Origin: Phycisphaerales bacterium
Lineage (GTDB): Bacteria; Planctomycetota; Phycisphaerae; Phycisphaerales; UBA1924
Assembly: GCA_046153875.1 (NCBI GenBank)
Contig: JBJXFE010000046.1
Location: 1-61,994, forward strand
DNA length: 61,994 bases
Direction of reading: 5' to 3'
This document shows positions 23,793-34,558 of this stretch, piece by piece. The first letter of the stretch is position 1. Every line of letters begins with the position of its first letter. Below the pieces are notes generated by a model, which was not told where the DNA came from, ran no database searches, and saw only the letters and a list, made by a program, of their open reading frames with translations. The position numbers were made by a program, and so were the translations under genes.

Positions 23793-24586
23793 CGGCTCTC
23801 ACCCGCACCATGCCGCTCTCCGACCTCAACCCCACGGGCCGCTTCTCCGACCGGGCCGCGGACTATGTGAAGCACCGCCCGAGTTACCCGCGGGAGGCGA
23901 TCGATGCGATCCTCGACGGGCTCGGCGAACCGCCGTGGTTGCTCGCGGTGGACGTCGGCGCGGGAACGGGCATCTCGGCAAGGCTGCTAGCGGAGCGCGG
24001 CGTCCGCGTGATCGCCGTCGAGCCCAACGCGGCGATGCGTGAGGCCGGGCGAGCGGATCGTCGGCTCGGAGAGCCGAAGTACCCCGTCGATTGGCGCGAC
24101 GGAACGGCCGAGGCGACGGGGCTGGCCGCCGGGTCGGTGGATCTGGTGCTGTGCGCGCAGGCGTTCCATTGGTTCCGTCCCGACGAGTCGCTGCGCGAGT
24201 TCCATCGGATTCTTAGGCCCACCGGACGGCTCGCCCTCATGTGGAACCAGCGCAGCCGCACCGACCCGTTCACAGCGGGGTACCGGCAAGCGCTCCTGGA
24301 CGTGGGCGCGGAGCCGACCGCGGAACGCATGGAGTTCGACCCGGCGGTCGTCGCACGGGCGGGGCTCTTCGGGCCACCGAGGCTGGTGGAGCTTCCCACC
24401 AGCCAGCGGCTCGACCTCGACGGGCTGATCGGGCGGGCGATGAGCGCTTCGTACGTCCCGAGAACGGGCCCGCAGGCCGATCGCCTCGTGGCGATGCTGC
24501 GTGAGCTTCACGCCCGGCACGCGGACGCCGACGGGTTCGTCATGCTTGTGATGGCGACACAGATCTACTTGACCGAGTGCGTCTGA
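23789..24586 (+). CDS. class I SAM-dependent methyltransferase
   Basis: SAM-binding motif LAVDVGAGTGISARLLAERGVRVIAVEPNAAM. GTG start overlaps the stop of the VWA gene (GTGA). Confidence 0.8.
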   Translation: MTALTRTMPLSDLNPTGRFSDRAADYVKHRPSYPREAIDAILDGLGEPPWLLAVDVGAGTGISARLLAERGVRVIAVEPNAAMREAGRADRRLGEPKYPVDWRDGTAEATGLAAGSVDLVLCAQAFHWFRPDESLREFHRILRPTGRLALMWNQRSRTDPFTAGYRQALLDVGAEPTAERMEFDPAVVARAGLFGPPRLVELPTSQRLDLDGLIGRAMSASYVPRTGPQADRLVAMLRELHARHADADGFVMLVMATQIYLTECV

Positions 24587-24637
24587 GACGGGCCGGCGCC
24601 AGGCGCTTCGGGCACGACGCGGGCTCCGGCCGCGTGC

Positions 24638-26413
24638 CTACGCGCGCGGTTCGTCGTGCAGGAGTGCCCCGTGCATGCTCATCCGATCCGCCTCGGTGAT
24701 CCGCACCCGCACAATCCGGCCGATCAGATCGTCCGCCCGCTCACGCGGCGCCTCGAAGAGCACGATCAGGTCCCCGTCCGTGCGGCTCGTGAGCTGCACC
24801 GCATCATCCGCGGCGCCCGACCCCTCGCCGGTCGCGACCGCGACAGCTTCGGGCGGCGACGCATCCCGCCCCCCCACCGTCAGCGTCACGGCGCTCGCCC
24901 GGCGGATCTGGCCCTTGGTCAACCCCGCGCGCTTGAGCGTGCGCCGGCTGAGACCCTCCACCATCGCGTCCGCGGTCAGGCCGACCTGCTCGCCCCCGAT
25001 CTCACCGCTGATCCGCGACTGGATCGCGAGCAGCTCGTTGTTCCGCCGGCGCTTCACGTCCTCGGGCACGTCGTCGGTCAGCCGATCGAACGCGGTGGTG
25101 CCGGGGCGCGGCGAGTATTTGAAAATGAACGCGTTCTTGTACCGCGCCCGCTCGATCATCGAGACGGTGGCCGCGAAGTCCTCGTCCGTTTCCGTCGGGA
25201 AGCCGACGATGAAATCGCCGCTGACCATGAGCGGACGGCCACGCTCGGGCTGGTGCAGGTGGGCGCGGGCGCGATCGAGGAACTCCAGGTACTCCTCCAC
25301 CTCGTACCCGCGGTTCATCAGCTTGAGAATCCGGTTGGATCCGGACTGCGCCGGCACGTGCAGGTAGCGGCAGACCCGCGGATGATCACGGATGACCTCG
25401 AGCACATCGTCACCGAAGTCGCGCGGGTAGCTGGTCACGAAGCGCAGCCGCTGGATCGCGGGCACCTCGTCGTGGATCCGCGCCAGCAGATCAGCGAACG
25501 TCGTCGTCCGGTCGCCCGCGAACGGGTCGCGCCGGTGCCCGCCGCCATAGCTCCGCCCTTTCTGCGGCTGCGTGATGCCGTTGAGCGTCACGGCCGCGCT
25601 GTGCTCGAAGCGGTAGTGGTTGACCGTCTGCCCGAGCAGTGTGACCTCGATCACGCCCGCGTCGGCGAGCTTGCGGCACTCCTCCACGATGTGGCCCGGC
25701 GGGCGGTGGACCTCCGCGCCGCGCGTGAACGGCACCACGCAGTACGTGCAGAACTTGTTGCACCCGCGGGTGATGCGCACGTACGCCGATCGCCGCGCGT
25801 TCCCGTCGATCGGTGAGACGGCGCGGGAGAGGTCGAGCAGCTCCAGCGAGTCCTCGGCCGCGGCCAGCGTGCCGCTGCGGCGCGACGTGTTGCCCTGGAG
25901 CGCGACTTGGTTGGCGGATCGAACCCGGTCAGACCCTCGGTCTCTACGTCTCTCCGTCTCTGCGTCTCTTCCCACCCCGGTCCGCACCGCGTTGTCGATC
26001 AGCGCCGGCACCTTGTCGAGCTCGCCGGGCCCGCACAGGATGTCCACGACCGGCATCCGGCGGATCAGGTCCGTGCCATCGCGCTCGGCCATGCACCCGA
26101 GCACGCCGACGACGAGCCCCGGCTCGCGGCGTTTGCGTTGCTCCAGTTCGCCCAGGCGCGACCACACCTTCTGTTCCGCGTGCTCGCGGACGGAGCAGGT
26201 GTTGAACAGCACCACGTCCGCGGCTTCGGGGTCCGCCGTGAACGAGTACCCCAGCGCGCGGAGCGACCCCGCGACCAGCTCCGAGTCCAGCTCGTTCATC
26301 TGGCAGCCGAACGTCTCGAGGTGGATGGTTCTGCCGCTCAAGCCGCGAATCCTAGTGCCGCGCCCCCGCCGCCGGGGAACTAGACTCCTCCCGCATGTGG
26401 CGCGGGATTTCAC
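24638..26413 (-). CDS. miaB: MiaB-family radical-SAM methylthiotransferase (MTTase N-domain, CxxxCxxC radical SAM core, TRAM domain)
   Basis: HLETFGCQMNELDSE MTTase N-terminus; TRGCNKFCTYCVVPFTRG radical-SAM cysteines; C-terminal TRAM (GRIVRVRITEA). The true start is probably the TTG at 26341, 8 codons before HLETFGC; the track ORF starts at the GTG at 26413. Carries an in-frame octamer-repeat insert (repeat 25939-25970). Confidence 0.8.
   Translation of the reverse strand: MKSRATCGRSLVPRRRGRGTRIRGLSGRTIHLETFGCQMNELDSELVAGSLRALGYSFTADPEAADVVLFNTCSVREHAEQKVWSRLGELEQRKRREPGLVVGVLGCMAERDGTDLIRRMPVVDILCGPGELDKVPALIDNAVRTGVGRDAETERRRDRGSDRVRSANQVALQGNTSRRSGTLAAAEDSLELLDLSRAVSPIDGNARRSAYVRITRGCNKFCTYCVVPFTRGAEVHRPPGHIVEECRKLADAGVIEVTLLGQTVNHYRFEHSAAVTLNGITQPQKGRSYGGGHRRDPFAGDRTTTFADLLARIHDEVPAIQRLRFVTSYPRDFGDDVLEVIRDHPRVCRYLHVPAQSGSNRILKLMNRGYEVEEYLEFLDRARAHLHQPERGRPLMVSGDFIVGFPTETDEDFAATVSMIERARYKNAFIFKYSPRPGTTAFDRLTDDVPEDVKRRRNNELLAIQSRISGEIGGEQVGLTADAMVEGLSRRTLKRAGLTKGQIRRASAVTLTVGGRDASPPEAVAVATGEGSGAADDAVQLTSRTDGDLIVLFEAPRERADDLIGRIVRVRITEADRMSMHGALLHDEPRA
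25939..25970 (-). repeat. 4 tandem 8-nt units (plus strand ggtctcta cgtctctc cgtctctg cgtctctt; GAGAC core on the coding strand) inside the MiaB-family gene
   Basis: Read from the sequence. Translates in-frame to RTGVGRDAETERRRDRGSDRV in a segment between the MTTase domain and the radical-SAM core. Confidence 0.8.
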
Positions 26414-28056
26414 TGGCCAACAAGTGCCTTCTGCTGTTCAGCGGGGCGCTGGTGCTGATCGTGGCCGGCGCGCTCACCGTCGCCTGGTTCCGGATGGACG
26501 GCCTCGTGGATGACGGGCAGCTGCGCGTCTCGCGCCAACAGGTCGAGGTGTGGGAGGGCCTGCACGCCCAGGCCGGGCCGGGCGTCTTTCAGGACCCGGG
26601 CGAAGCGGGGATCGAGCACGCGGGCATCCGGGCCAAGCGGCTGCGCGTCGAAGAGGCGCAGAAGCTCGCCGAGGACGACCGGTTTATCGCCCGCGCCATC
26701 CGGCGCCTGAAAGCCGACCCGACGCTCACCGACGTGCTCTCCGCCGAGGGCGCGGGGGGCGTGCGCGAATACCGGTACGTCAAGGCCATCCGCGATCCCA
26801 CCGACCCGATCGGGCTCAAGGGGATCGTGCTGCTCGAGCGCCGCCCGGTCGAAGCCGTGGACCTGCTCGCGGTGAACGCCGCGTACCTCATCAGCGCCGG
26901 GCTCGTCGTCTCCGGCGTCGCCGTGCTGTTGTTCTACTTCATCCTGCACAAGGTCATCCTGCGCCCGGTGCGGTCGCTGAAGGAGACGGCCGAGCGCGTC
27001 CGGTCGGGCGACCTCTCGACGCGCTCGGCGATCTCGACGGGCGACGAGTTCGAGGAGATGGCCGGGACTTTTAACGCGATGCTCGAAGAGGTCCAGCGGT
27101 CGCACGACCAGATGCGGGCCGTGAACCGTGCGCTGGACGTGAAGCTCAACGAGCTGGCCGAGGCGAACACCGCCCTGTTCGAGTCGGCGAAACTCAAGGG
27201 GGAGTTTCTCGCCAGCGTCAGCCACGAGCTGCGCACGCCGCTGAACTCGGTGATCGGGTTCGCCGAGCTGATGCGCGAGCAGGCCCAGGCGGAGCTGGAC
27301 GCGGGGGACGACTCGACACGCCTCGGCAAGCGGGTGCGGTACCTGGAGAACATCGTCCAGGCGAGCCGGGGCCTGCTGGACCTGATCAACGGCCTGCTGG
27401 AGATGGCCCGGATCGAGGCCGGGCGGGCCGAGGTGAACGTCACGCCGGTGGCGATGAAGGACGCGTGCGAGGGCTTGATCGGGCTGTCGTACCCGCTGGC
27501 CCAGCGCAAGGGTCTGGAGCTGAAGCTCGAGGCGCCCGACGACCTGCCCGTGGTCGAGACGGACCTCAAGAAGTTCCAGCAGATCATCTTCAACTTCCTG
27601 AGCAACGCCGTGAAATTCACGCCGGGCACCGGCACGGACGGAAAGCCCGGGCGGGTCACGCTGCGGGCCGAGACGCTCGCGGCGCGCGGCATCGAGGGGG
27701 CCGCGACCGAGAACCGGGTGCGCGTCAGCGTGATCGACACGGGCCCGGGGATCGCGCCCGAGGACCAGCCGCGGCTCTTCCAGAAGTTCCAGCAGCTCGA
27801 CGCCTCCCACACCCGCGAGCACACGGGGACGGGGCTGGGGCTGGCGATCTCCAAGGAGCTGGCGAACCTCCTGCAGTCCGAGATTCAGCTGGTGAGCGAC
27901 CCCGGCCGAGGATCGATGTTCAGCCTGATCCTGCCGCTGAGGTTCGATCCGTCGCGCGTGCCGGAGCAGGCGATGGAGTCGCGGTTCCGCGCGTCGCTGG
28001 CGAACACGAAGGCGTGGGCGGGCGCGCCGGGTACGGCGGGCTCCGCGCGCGACTAG
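26395..28056 (+). CDS. sensor histidine kinase (N-terminal TM, periplasmic segment, second TM, HAMP, HisKA, HATPase_c)
   Basis: H-box [18 protein letters not shown]; N/G1/G2 boxes [10 protein letters not shown]...DTGPGI...[12 protein letters not shown]. No cognate response regulator is adjacent. Confidence 0.85.
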   Translation: MWRGISLANKCLLLFSGALVLIVAGALTVAWFRMDGLVDDGQLRVSRQQVEVWEGLHAQAGPGVFQDPGEAGIEHAGIRAKRLRVEEAQKLAEDDRFIARAIRRLKADPTLTDVLSAEGAGGVREYRYVKAIRDPTDPIGLKGIVLLERRPVEAVDLLAVNAAYLISAGLVVSGVAVLLFYFILHKVILRPVRSLKETAERVRSGDLSTRSAISTGDEFEEMAGTFNAMLEEVQRSHDQMRAVNRALDVKLNELAEANTALFESAKLKGEFLASVSHELRTPLNSVIGFAELMREQAQAELDAGDDSTRLGKRVRYLENIVQASRGLLDLINGLLEMARIEAGRAEVNVTPVAMKDACEGLIGLSYPLAQRKGLELKLEAPDDLPVVETDLKKFQQIIFNFLSNAVKFTPGTGTDGKPGRVTLRAETLAARGIEGAATENRVRVSVIDTGPGIAPEDQPRLFQKFQQLDASHTREHTGTGLGLAISKELANLLQSEIQLVSDPGRGSMFSLILPLRFDPSRVPEQAMESRFRASLANTKAWAGAPGTAGSARD

Positions 28057-31000
28057 CGCGGAGAGGGCGCGGGCCTGGCCCGCACCGCGATCGGCGCCGC
28101 GTCGGTGCCGCGATCCGGGCCAGCGGCCCGCGCCGCGGCCGCGGGGCCCGCGAAGTCCTGCAGCGCCGCCACGTCCCAATCCCCGGCCCGGAGCGCCTCG
28201 ATCGCCCGGACCGACGCGACCGCGGCGGCCGCGGTCGTGATCATGGGGATGCCCAGCCGCACCGCCGTGGAGCGGATCCGGCCCTCGTCGGTGCGCCAGC
28301 CGGTGCGCGTCGGCGTGTTCACCACGAGCTGGATCTTTCCGTTCGTCATCAGGTCGAGCACGTTGGGGCGGGCGCCCGCGGCGATCTTCTGCAGCACCGT
28401 GGGCTTCATCCCGAAGCCGCGCAGGAACTCGCCGGTACCCTCCGTCGCGTAGACGGTGAATCCCATCGCCAGCAGCGACCGAGCGGGATCGACAATCACC
28501 GGGCGGTCCGCCTCACGCACGGAGAGAAACACACCCCCCTCGCGCGGCAGGGCGCACCCGGCGGCGATCTGGGCCTTCGCGAACGCCACGGGGAAGGACC
28601 GGTCCAGCCCCATGACCTCGCCGGTCGAGCGCATCTCCGGGCCGAGCACCACGTCCACGCCCGGGAACTTGCTGAACGGGAAGACCGATTCCTTGACGGC
28701 GAAGGAGCCGGTCTCGCGCACTTCCGTCACGCCAATCTCGTCGAGCGTTCGCCCCATCATCGCCTGGGCCGCGATCGCCGGCCAGGAGACGTGCGTCGCC
28801 TTCGACACAAACGGGGCGGTACGGCTGGCCCGGGGGTTGACCTCCAGGATGTACACCTCGCCGTCCTTCACGGCCAGCTGCACGTTCATCAGCCCGCAGA
28901 CCCGCAGCTCCTCGGCGAGCGTGCGGCTGATCTCGCGGATGCGCTGCTCCACGCGCTTCGGCAGCGCGTGCGCGGGGATGGTGCACGACGAGTCGCCGCT
29001 GTGCACCCCCGCGTGCTCGATGTGTTCCATGACGCCGCACACAATCGCCCGGCGGCCGGGACCGACGGCTCCTGTCGCGTTGAAGTCGGCGACGACGTCC
29101 ACATCGACTTCGGTTGCGGCGTCGAGGAAGCGATCGACGAGGACCGGTGCGTCGTCGATGCCCGAGAGGTTGAGCGCGTTGGCCACGTAGTGGCGCAACG
29201 CCTTCTCGTCCGGGCAGACCTCCATGCCGCGCCCGCCGAGGACGTAGCTGGGGCGGACGAGCACGGGGTAGCCGATGCGTCCGGCGATCGCGACGGCCTC
29301 ATCCAGCGAGCGGGCGATGCCGCTCTCGGGGCGCTTGATGTCGAGCCGCTCGAGTAGGGCGTCGAACCGTTTGCGGTCCTCGGCCAGATCGATCGAGTCC
29401 ACGCTGGTGCCGATGATCGGCACGCCGGCCTTGACCAGCCCATGCGCGAGGTTGAGCGGCGTCTGGCCCCCGAACTGGACGATGACGCCGCGGACGAGCG
29501 ACCGCCCGGCTGCGCGATCGGACCCGCCCAGCCGCTCGACGATGTTCGTCACATCCTCCAGCGTCAGCGGCTCGAAGAAGAGCAGGTCCGATGTGTCGTA
29601 GTCGGTGCTCACCGTCTCCGGATTCGAGTTGATCATCACGCTCTCGAACCCGAGCTCGCGGGCCGCGAACGCCGCGTGGCAGCAGCAATAGTCGAACTCG
29701 ATCCCCTGCCCGATCCGGTTGGGGCCCCCGCCCAGGATGACCACCTTCGACCTGTCCGTGACGCGGATCTCGTCTTCCGCTCGCGTGCCCGCACCCCCTG
29801 TCTCGCTGTCTCGCTGTTTCGCTGTCTCGCTCCTGGCACCGGTCTCATACGTCGAGTAGTAATACGGCGTCGCCGCCTCGAACTCCGCCGCGCACGTGTC
29901 GACAAGTTTGTAGACCGGCTCGATCCCCAGGGTCTTGCGGTGGTCACGCACCCTCAGGATCGTGTCACTGCTGATCGTGCCCAGGTACAGGTTCGCCAGC
30001 TGCGCGTCCGAGTACCCGAGCTGCTTGGCCTTGAACAGCACCGCCCGCGGCACGGCCTCCAGCGACCGGAACGCGCATAGTTCGTCCTCGAACTCCACGA
30101 GCTGCCTGATCTGGTCGAGGAAGAACCGGTCGATCTTCGAGACCTCGTGGACCTTGTCGATGGACCAGCCCATCTTGAACGCGTAGCGGATGTAGTACGG
30201 CCGCCCCTGGCTGGGCACCGCGATCTTGCGGGTGAGCTTGTCGAGCGCGATCGGCCACTCGATCGGCTGGTTGTCCGCCGTGCGCAGCCCCGTGGGCGAC
30301 GAGCCCGTCCCGGGCTTGGCCCCCGGCGACACATCCAGCACCAGGTCGCCCCGCTCCACCGCCCGCATCGCGGCGAGCCACTTGTCGTTGCGGTCCAGGC
30401 CCAGCCCGAACCGCTTCACGTCCATCGAGCGGATGACCTTCTGGAAACTCTCCTTGAACGTCCGCCCGATCGCCATCGCCTCGCCGACCGATTTCATCTG
30501 GGTTGTCAGCGTCTCGTCGGCTTCGGGGAACTTCTCGAACGTCCATCGCGGCATCTTCGTGACGACGTAGTCGATCGTCGGCTCGAAGCACGCCGACGTG
30601 GTCCCCGTGATGTCGTTGCGCAGCTCGTCCAGTGTGTAGCCAACGGCCAGCTTCGCGGCGATCTTGGCGATCGGGAACCCCGTCGCCTTGCTGGCCAGGG
30701 CCGAGCTGCGCGAGACGCGCGGGTTCATCTCCACCACCACCATCTGGAACTCGGGCCGCCCGTCGGCCCCGCGCGGCGGGTCCGGGTTGATCGCGAACTG
30801 CACGTTGCTCCCGCCGGTCTCCACCCCCACCGCCCGCATGATGGCGATCGCGGCGTCCCGCATCGCCTGGTATTCCTTGTCCGTCAGCGTCAGGATCGGC
30901 GCGACCGTGATGGAGTCGCCGGTGTGCACCCCCATCGGATCGATGTTCTCGATCCCGCAGACGATGATGCAGTTGTCCTTGCGGTCGCGGACGACCTCGA

Positions 31001-31667
31001 GCTCGAACTCCTTCCACCCGATCACGCTCTGGTCGATCTGGACCTGCTTGATCATCGAGGCATTCAGGCCCCGCGCGAGCAGCTCGCGGAACTCGTCGGT
31101 GTTGTACGCGATCCCGCCGCCCGTACCGCCGAGCGTGAACGCGGGCCGCAGGATCGCCGGCAGCCCGATCGCATCCAGCGCCGCAAGCCCGTCCTCGACG
31201 CTCGACACCACGGACGCGCGGGGCATCTTCAGGCCGATGTCCTCGCAGATGGTCTTGAAGGCCTGGCGGTCCTCGGCCCGGTGGATCACCTGCCGATTGG
31301 CCCCGATCATCTCGATGTCGAACTCGGCGAGCGTGCCGTCGTCGTAGAGCTTGCAGGCGCAGTTCAGCGCCGTCTGCCCGCCGAGCGTGGGCAGGATGGC
31401 GTCGATCCGCGGCCCCTGGCGGGCCTCCCGGGCGATGATCTTCTTGACCGCCTCGGGCGTGATGGGCTCGATGTACGTGCGATCGGAGAACTGCGGGTCC
31501 GTCATGATCGTCGCGGGGTTCGAGTTCACCAGGACAATCCGGTAGCCCTCGGCCTTCAGGGCCTTGCACGCCTGCGTGCCGGAATAGTCGAACTCACACC
31601 CCTGCCCGATGACGATCGGCCCGGACCCGAGGACCAGGATCGTGTGGATGTCCGTGCGCCTCGGCAT
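28053..31667 (-). CDS. carB: carbamoyl-phosphate synthase large subunit
   Basis: Duplicated ATP-grasp halves ([24 protein letters not shown] and [25 protein letters not shown]) and a C-terminal MGS-like domain. ATG at 31667 preceded by AAGGAGAGG. The track ORF is extended 168 codons. About 130 aa longer than E. coli CarB because of an octamer-repeat insert plus a C-terminal extension. No carA adjacent. Confidence 0.9.
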   Translation of the reverse strand: MPRRTDIHTILVLGSGPIVIGQGCEFDYSGTQACKALKAEGYRIVLVNSNPATIMTDPQFSDRTYIEPITPEAVKKIIAREARQGPRIDAILPTLGGQTALNCACKLYDDGTLAEFDIEMIGANRQVIHRAEDRQAFKTICEDIGLKMPRASVVSSVEDGLAALDAIGLPAILRPAFTLGGTGGGIAYNTDEFRELLARGLNASMIKQVQIDQSVIGWKEFELEVVRDRKDNCIIVCGIENIDPMGVHTGDSITVAPILTLTDKEYQAMRDAAIAIMRAVGVETGGSNVQFAINPDPPRGADGRPEFQMVVVEMNPRVSRSSALASKATGFPIAKIAAKLAVGYTLDELRNDITGTTSACFEPTIDYVVTKMPRWTFEKFPEADETLTTQMKSVGEAMAIGRTFKESFQKVIRSMDVKRFGLGLDRNDKWLAAMRAVERGDLVLDVSPGAKPGTGSSPTGLRTADNQPIEWPIALDKLTRKIAVPSQGRPYYIRYAFKMGWSIDKVHEVSKIDRFFLDQIRQLVEFEDELCAFRSLEAVPRAVLFKAKQLGYSDAQLANLYLGTISSDTILRVRDHRKTLGIEPVYKLVDTCAAEFEAATPYYYSTYETGARSETAKQRDSETGGAGTRAEDEIRVTDRSKVVILGGGPNRIGQGIEFDYCCCHAAFAARELGFESVMINSNPETVSTDYDTSDLLFFEPLTLEDVTNIVERLGGSDRAAGRSLVRGVIVQFGGQTPLNLAHGLVKAGVPIIGTSVDSIDLAEDRKRFDALLERLDIKRPESGIARSLDEAVAIAGRIGYPVLVRPSYVLGGRGMEVCPDEKALRHYVANALNLSGIDDAPVLVDRFLDAATEVDVDVVADFNATGAVGPGRRAIVCGVMEHIEHAGVHSGDSSCTIPAHALPKRVEQRIREISRTLAEELRVCGLMNVQLAVKDGEVYILEVNPRASRTAPFVSKATHVSWPAIAAQAMMGRTLDEIGVTEVRETGSFAVKESVFPFSKFPGVDVVLGPEMRSTGEVMGLDRSFPVAFAKAQIAAGCALPREGGVFLSVREADRPVIVDPARSLLAMGFTVYATEGTGEFLRGFGMKPTVLQKIAAGARPNVLDLMTNGKIQLVVNTPTRTGWRTDEGRIRSTAVRLGIPMITTAAAAVASVRAIEALRAGDWDVAALQDFAGPAAAARAAGPDRGTDAAPIAVRARPAPSPR
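29797..29828 (-). repeat. 4 tandem 8-nt units (plus strand tgtctcgc tgtctcgc tgtttcgc tgtctcgc; GCGAGACA on the coding strand) inside carB
   Basis: Read from the sequence. Translates in-frame to [17 protein letters not shown], between the oligomerisation domain (...YYYSTYETG) and the second ATP-grasp half ([15 protein letters not shown]). Confidence 0.8.
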
Positions 31668-31887
31668 GCCTCTCCTTCGCGTGGACCGGTCGCGCGACGC
31701 GCTCGCGCGCAAACGCCCGGAGGGTAGTCGAACGCGGTGCCCGCGGCAATGCGCTCGGGCCGCGGCAAGGAACCGGGAACGGTCGCAAACGGCCCTGTTG
31801 CCCGCCGGGCGTTGCAACCCGCCCGGCCCGAGCGCGGTACCCTGTAGGTCAATCGCTCCCCTCGCGGCGGGAGCCACGGGTACCACC

Positions 31888-33141
31888 ATGCACACCACAC
31901 GTCGGGCGTTCCTCGCCGCGGGAGCCGGGATCGGGCTCACCGCCGTCGCCGGTTCCATCACCGCCGCGGGCACGAGAACTCGGGCGCAACCGTCTGCCGG
32001 AGGGGACAAACCCGTCGGCAAAAAGCTCGGCATCCTCGTCCTCGGCGGCACTGGGTTCCTCGGGCCGCACACCGTCCGGGCCGCGCTGGCCCGAGGGCAC
32101 ACGGTCACCATGTTCAACCGGGGGCGCACCGAGGCCCGCCGCAAGGAGATCGGGCGCGAGCTGGAGTTCATGGACGACGTCGAGACGCTCTACGGCAACC
32201 GCGACCCGCTCAAGGCGGCCGACGACTACAAGCCCGCCGAGCAGCGCGACCCGAAGAGCCCGATGGGCATGACGCAGCTCGAGGGCCGTACGTGGGACGC
32301 GGTGATCGATAACAGCGGGTACTACCCCCGCATGGTGAAGGCGTCCACGGAACTGCTGGCGAAGCAGAGCGCGAAGCAGTACGTCTTCATCTCCAGCATT
32401 TCGGTGTATAAGAGCGACGGCATCGTCGGCGCCGACGAGACCGATCCGTGCGGCACGATCAGCGACCCCACGGTCGAGACCATGGGGGCGCAGTTCGAGA
32501 ACTACGGGCCCCTCAAGGCCCTGTGCGAGCAGGCCGCCGAGAGCGCGTTCCCCGGCAAGGCCACCAACATCCGCCCCGGCCTCATCGTCGGGCCCGGGGA
32601 CAACACGGACCGCTTCACCTATTGGCCCGTTCGCGTGGCCCGCGGCGGCGAGGTGCTCGCGCCGGGCTCGCACGCCGACCCGATCCAGTTCATCGACGTG
32701 CGCGACCTGGCCGAGTGGATCGTCACGGCCGTCGAGAATCGCAGCGTCGGCTTCTTCAACGCTGTCGGCCCGCGCCCGTGCCCGGAGAAGTCCTACGGCA
32801 TCGGCGAGCTGCTCGACGCCTGCAAGCAGGTGAGCGGCAGCGACGCGAAGTTCACCTGGTGCGACGCCGCGTTCCTGCGCGAGAAGGAAGTCTCGCCATG
32901 GGGCGACATGCCGATCTGGATCCCCGCCGAGGGGGACAGCCTCGGCTCCGGGATGCGCAGCAACCGGGCCGCCGTGGCCGCGGGGATGACGTTCCGGTCG
33001 GTCGAGGACACGGTGAAGGCGACGCTGGAGTTCTGGAAGTCGCTGCCCGCGGACCGACAGTCCAAGCTCGCCGCCGGCATTACCGGGGACCGCGAGCAGC
33101 TCGTGCTGGCCGAATGGCACAAGCGCAAGGGCGGGGGCTGA
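31888..33141 (+). CDS. Tat-exported NAD(P)-dependent epimerase/dehydratase-family (atypical SDR) protein
   Basis: Twin-arginine signal [19 protein letters not shown], then a GxxGxxG Rossmann motif [15 protein letters not shown] at 31888. The 5-prime part of the track ORF is antisense noise. Confidence 0.7.
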   Translation: MHTTRRAFLAAGAGIGLTAVAGSITAAGTRTRAQPSAGGDKPVGKKLGILVLGGTGFLGPHTVRAALARGHTVTMFNRGRTEARRKEIGRELEFMDDVETLYGNRDPLKAADDYKPAEQRDPKSPMGMTQLEGRTWDAVIDNSGYYPRMVKASTELLAKQSAKQYVFISSISVYKSDGIVGADETDPCGTISDPTVETMGAQFENYGPLKALCEQAAESAFPGKATNIRPGLIVGPGDNTDRFTYWPVRVARGGEVLAPGSHADPIQFIDVRDLAEWIVTAVENRSVGFFNAVGPRPCPEKSYGIGELLDACKQVSGSDAKFTWCDAAFLREKEVSPWGDMPIWIPAEGDSLGSGMRSNRAAVAAGMTFRSVEDTVKATLEFWKSLPADRQSKLAAGITGDREQLVLAEWHKRKGGG

Positions 33142-33143
33142 AG

Positions 33144-34457
33144 CTACTTCGGCGCGGCTTCGACGCCGGGCCTGCACCAGCTCTCCGCGCGATCGGCGTA
33201 CGCCGCCAGCGCGGGGAGCTTGTCCATCACGGCCGGGAACCGTCCGACGGTCTTCGCGTTCACCGACGCGCGCGCAGCCGCGACAAGTCCGTCCCAGTCC
33301 TCCCACGGGGTACCGGGGCCGATCGGTTCGCTGCCCAGCAGCGCCGACCACGACCCGGGCTCCAGGTGCATGAACGGCTCGGCGACGTAGCCCGAAATGC
33401 CGCTGCCGCGCCTCCGCACCTCCTCCTCGTCGCGGGCCTCGAAGGCAACAGTCAAGACCGGCTTGCCTTCGGACCAGAAGGTGTACTCCCCGTCATCGTC
33501 GTTGTTGTGCCACGGCCACGCGTACGCCCAGTCGAGGCTCTCCATTTCGATCGGCATGTCGTAGAGGCGCACCAGCGAGAGCGCCCCCTCCTCCTGGATC
33601 AGCGGCAGGTTGCCCGTGCCGCTCGTCGCGTCCATCCGCACCCAACCGTGACCGTTCACCCAGAATCGAACAATCCCGTGGACGTAGCTCGGGGGCGGGC
33701 AGTACGTGACCTGCGCGGGGATGCCGCAGCGGCGCAGCACCGCCGCGGCCGCGACAGCGCTGGCGCAGCACGACCCGCCCCGCTGCAGCACCGTCGCCGC
33801 GAGCGACTTCGGCTCCGGCCCTCCAGCCCCCGACGGCAGGTAGGTGCGCGCCCTCGCCAGCGCGGCGATTTCGGTCGCAACCCGGTACGCGTCGGTCGTC
33901 TTCGCGAGAATCTTCTCCGCGGCCGCGACCACCACCGGGTCGTCGCGGGCCACCATCGTTGTCGCGTCGAGGTACTTGAGCACATCCGGCAGGTAGGCGT
34001 CCGGCTTCGGGATCGGGTTCGGGCCTGTCGGCTCGGGACATTCCCGGCGCGCCACGAGCGTCGTGACCGTGACCGTCACGAACTGCTTCGCGGGCAGCGG
34101 ACTCAACCGGTAACGCTGGATGACGTTCCCCGCTTCATCCCCGCGCACGCCGACCACCGAGATCGGCAGCGGCGTGCCACCGTCCGTCGCCGCGTCCACC
34201 CACCGACCGACCACGAACTGCTCGGGGTCGCTCGGGGCCAGGTATCGGTCGAACTCGATGGACTTGACCGTCCCGCCCTTGTTGCGGATGGGCATGAAGT
34301 CCTTGACGAGCACGAGCTGGGCCCGCTCCCCGCGCAAAGCCTCGGCCAGCTTCACCTCGCTGACGCGCGGCGGAGCCTGCTCGGGCTGCGCAACCGCTCC
34401 GGCGGAGGCCGCGCCGACGAGGAGCATCCCGATCGACGCGAGGGAACGGAGCCGCAT
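33144..34457 (-). CDS. secreted transglutaminase-like cysteine-protease-fold protein
   Basis: Signal peptide MRLRSLASIGMLLVGAASAGAVAQ. Putative Cys-His-Asp core (GGSCCASAVAAAAVLRRCGIPAQ ... NGHGWVRMDATSG). Confidence 0.55.
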   Translation of the reverse strand: MRLRSLASIGMLLVGAASAGAVAQPEQAPPRVSEVKLAEALRGERAQLVLVKDFMPIRNKGGTVKSIEFDRYLAPSDPEQFVVGRWVDAATDGGTPLPISVVGVRGDEAGNVIQRYRLSPLPAKQFVTVTVTTLVARRECPEPTGPNPIPKPDAYLPDVLKYLDATTMVARDDPVVVAAAEKILAKTTDAYRVATEIAALARARTYLPSGAGGPEPKSLAATVLQRGGSCCASAVAAAAVLRRCGIPAQVTYCPPPSYVHGIVRFWVNGHGWVRMDATSGTGNLPLIQEEGALSLVRLYDMPIEMESLDWAYAWPWHNNDDDGEYTFWSEGKPVLTVAFEARDEEEVRRRGSGISGYVAEPFMHLEPGSWSALLGSEPIGPGTPWEDWDGLVAAARASVNAKTVGRFPAVMDKLPALAAYADRAESWCRPGVEAAPK

Positions 34458-34558
34458 GCCGGTTGCCTCCATGATGGCCGGAGACTTGATCCCACCCACC
34501 GTTATACCCGCCCACCGCCGGCACGGATGCGGCCCGGCCTGTCCACCCCGCGCGTAGG

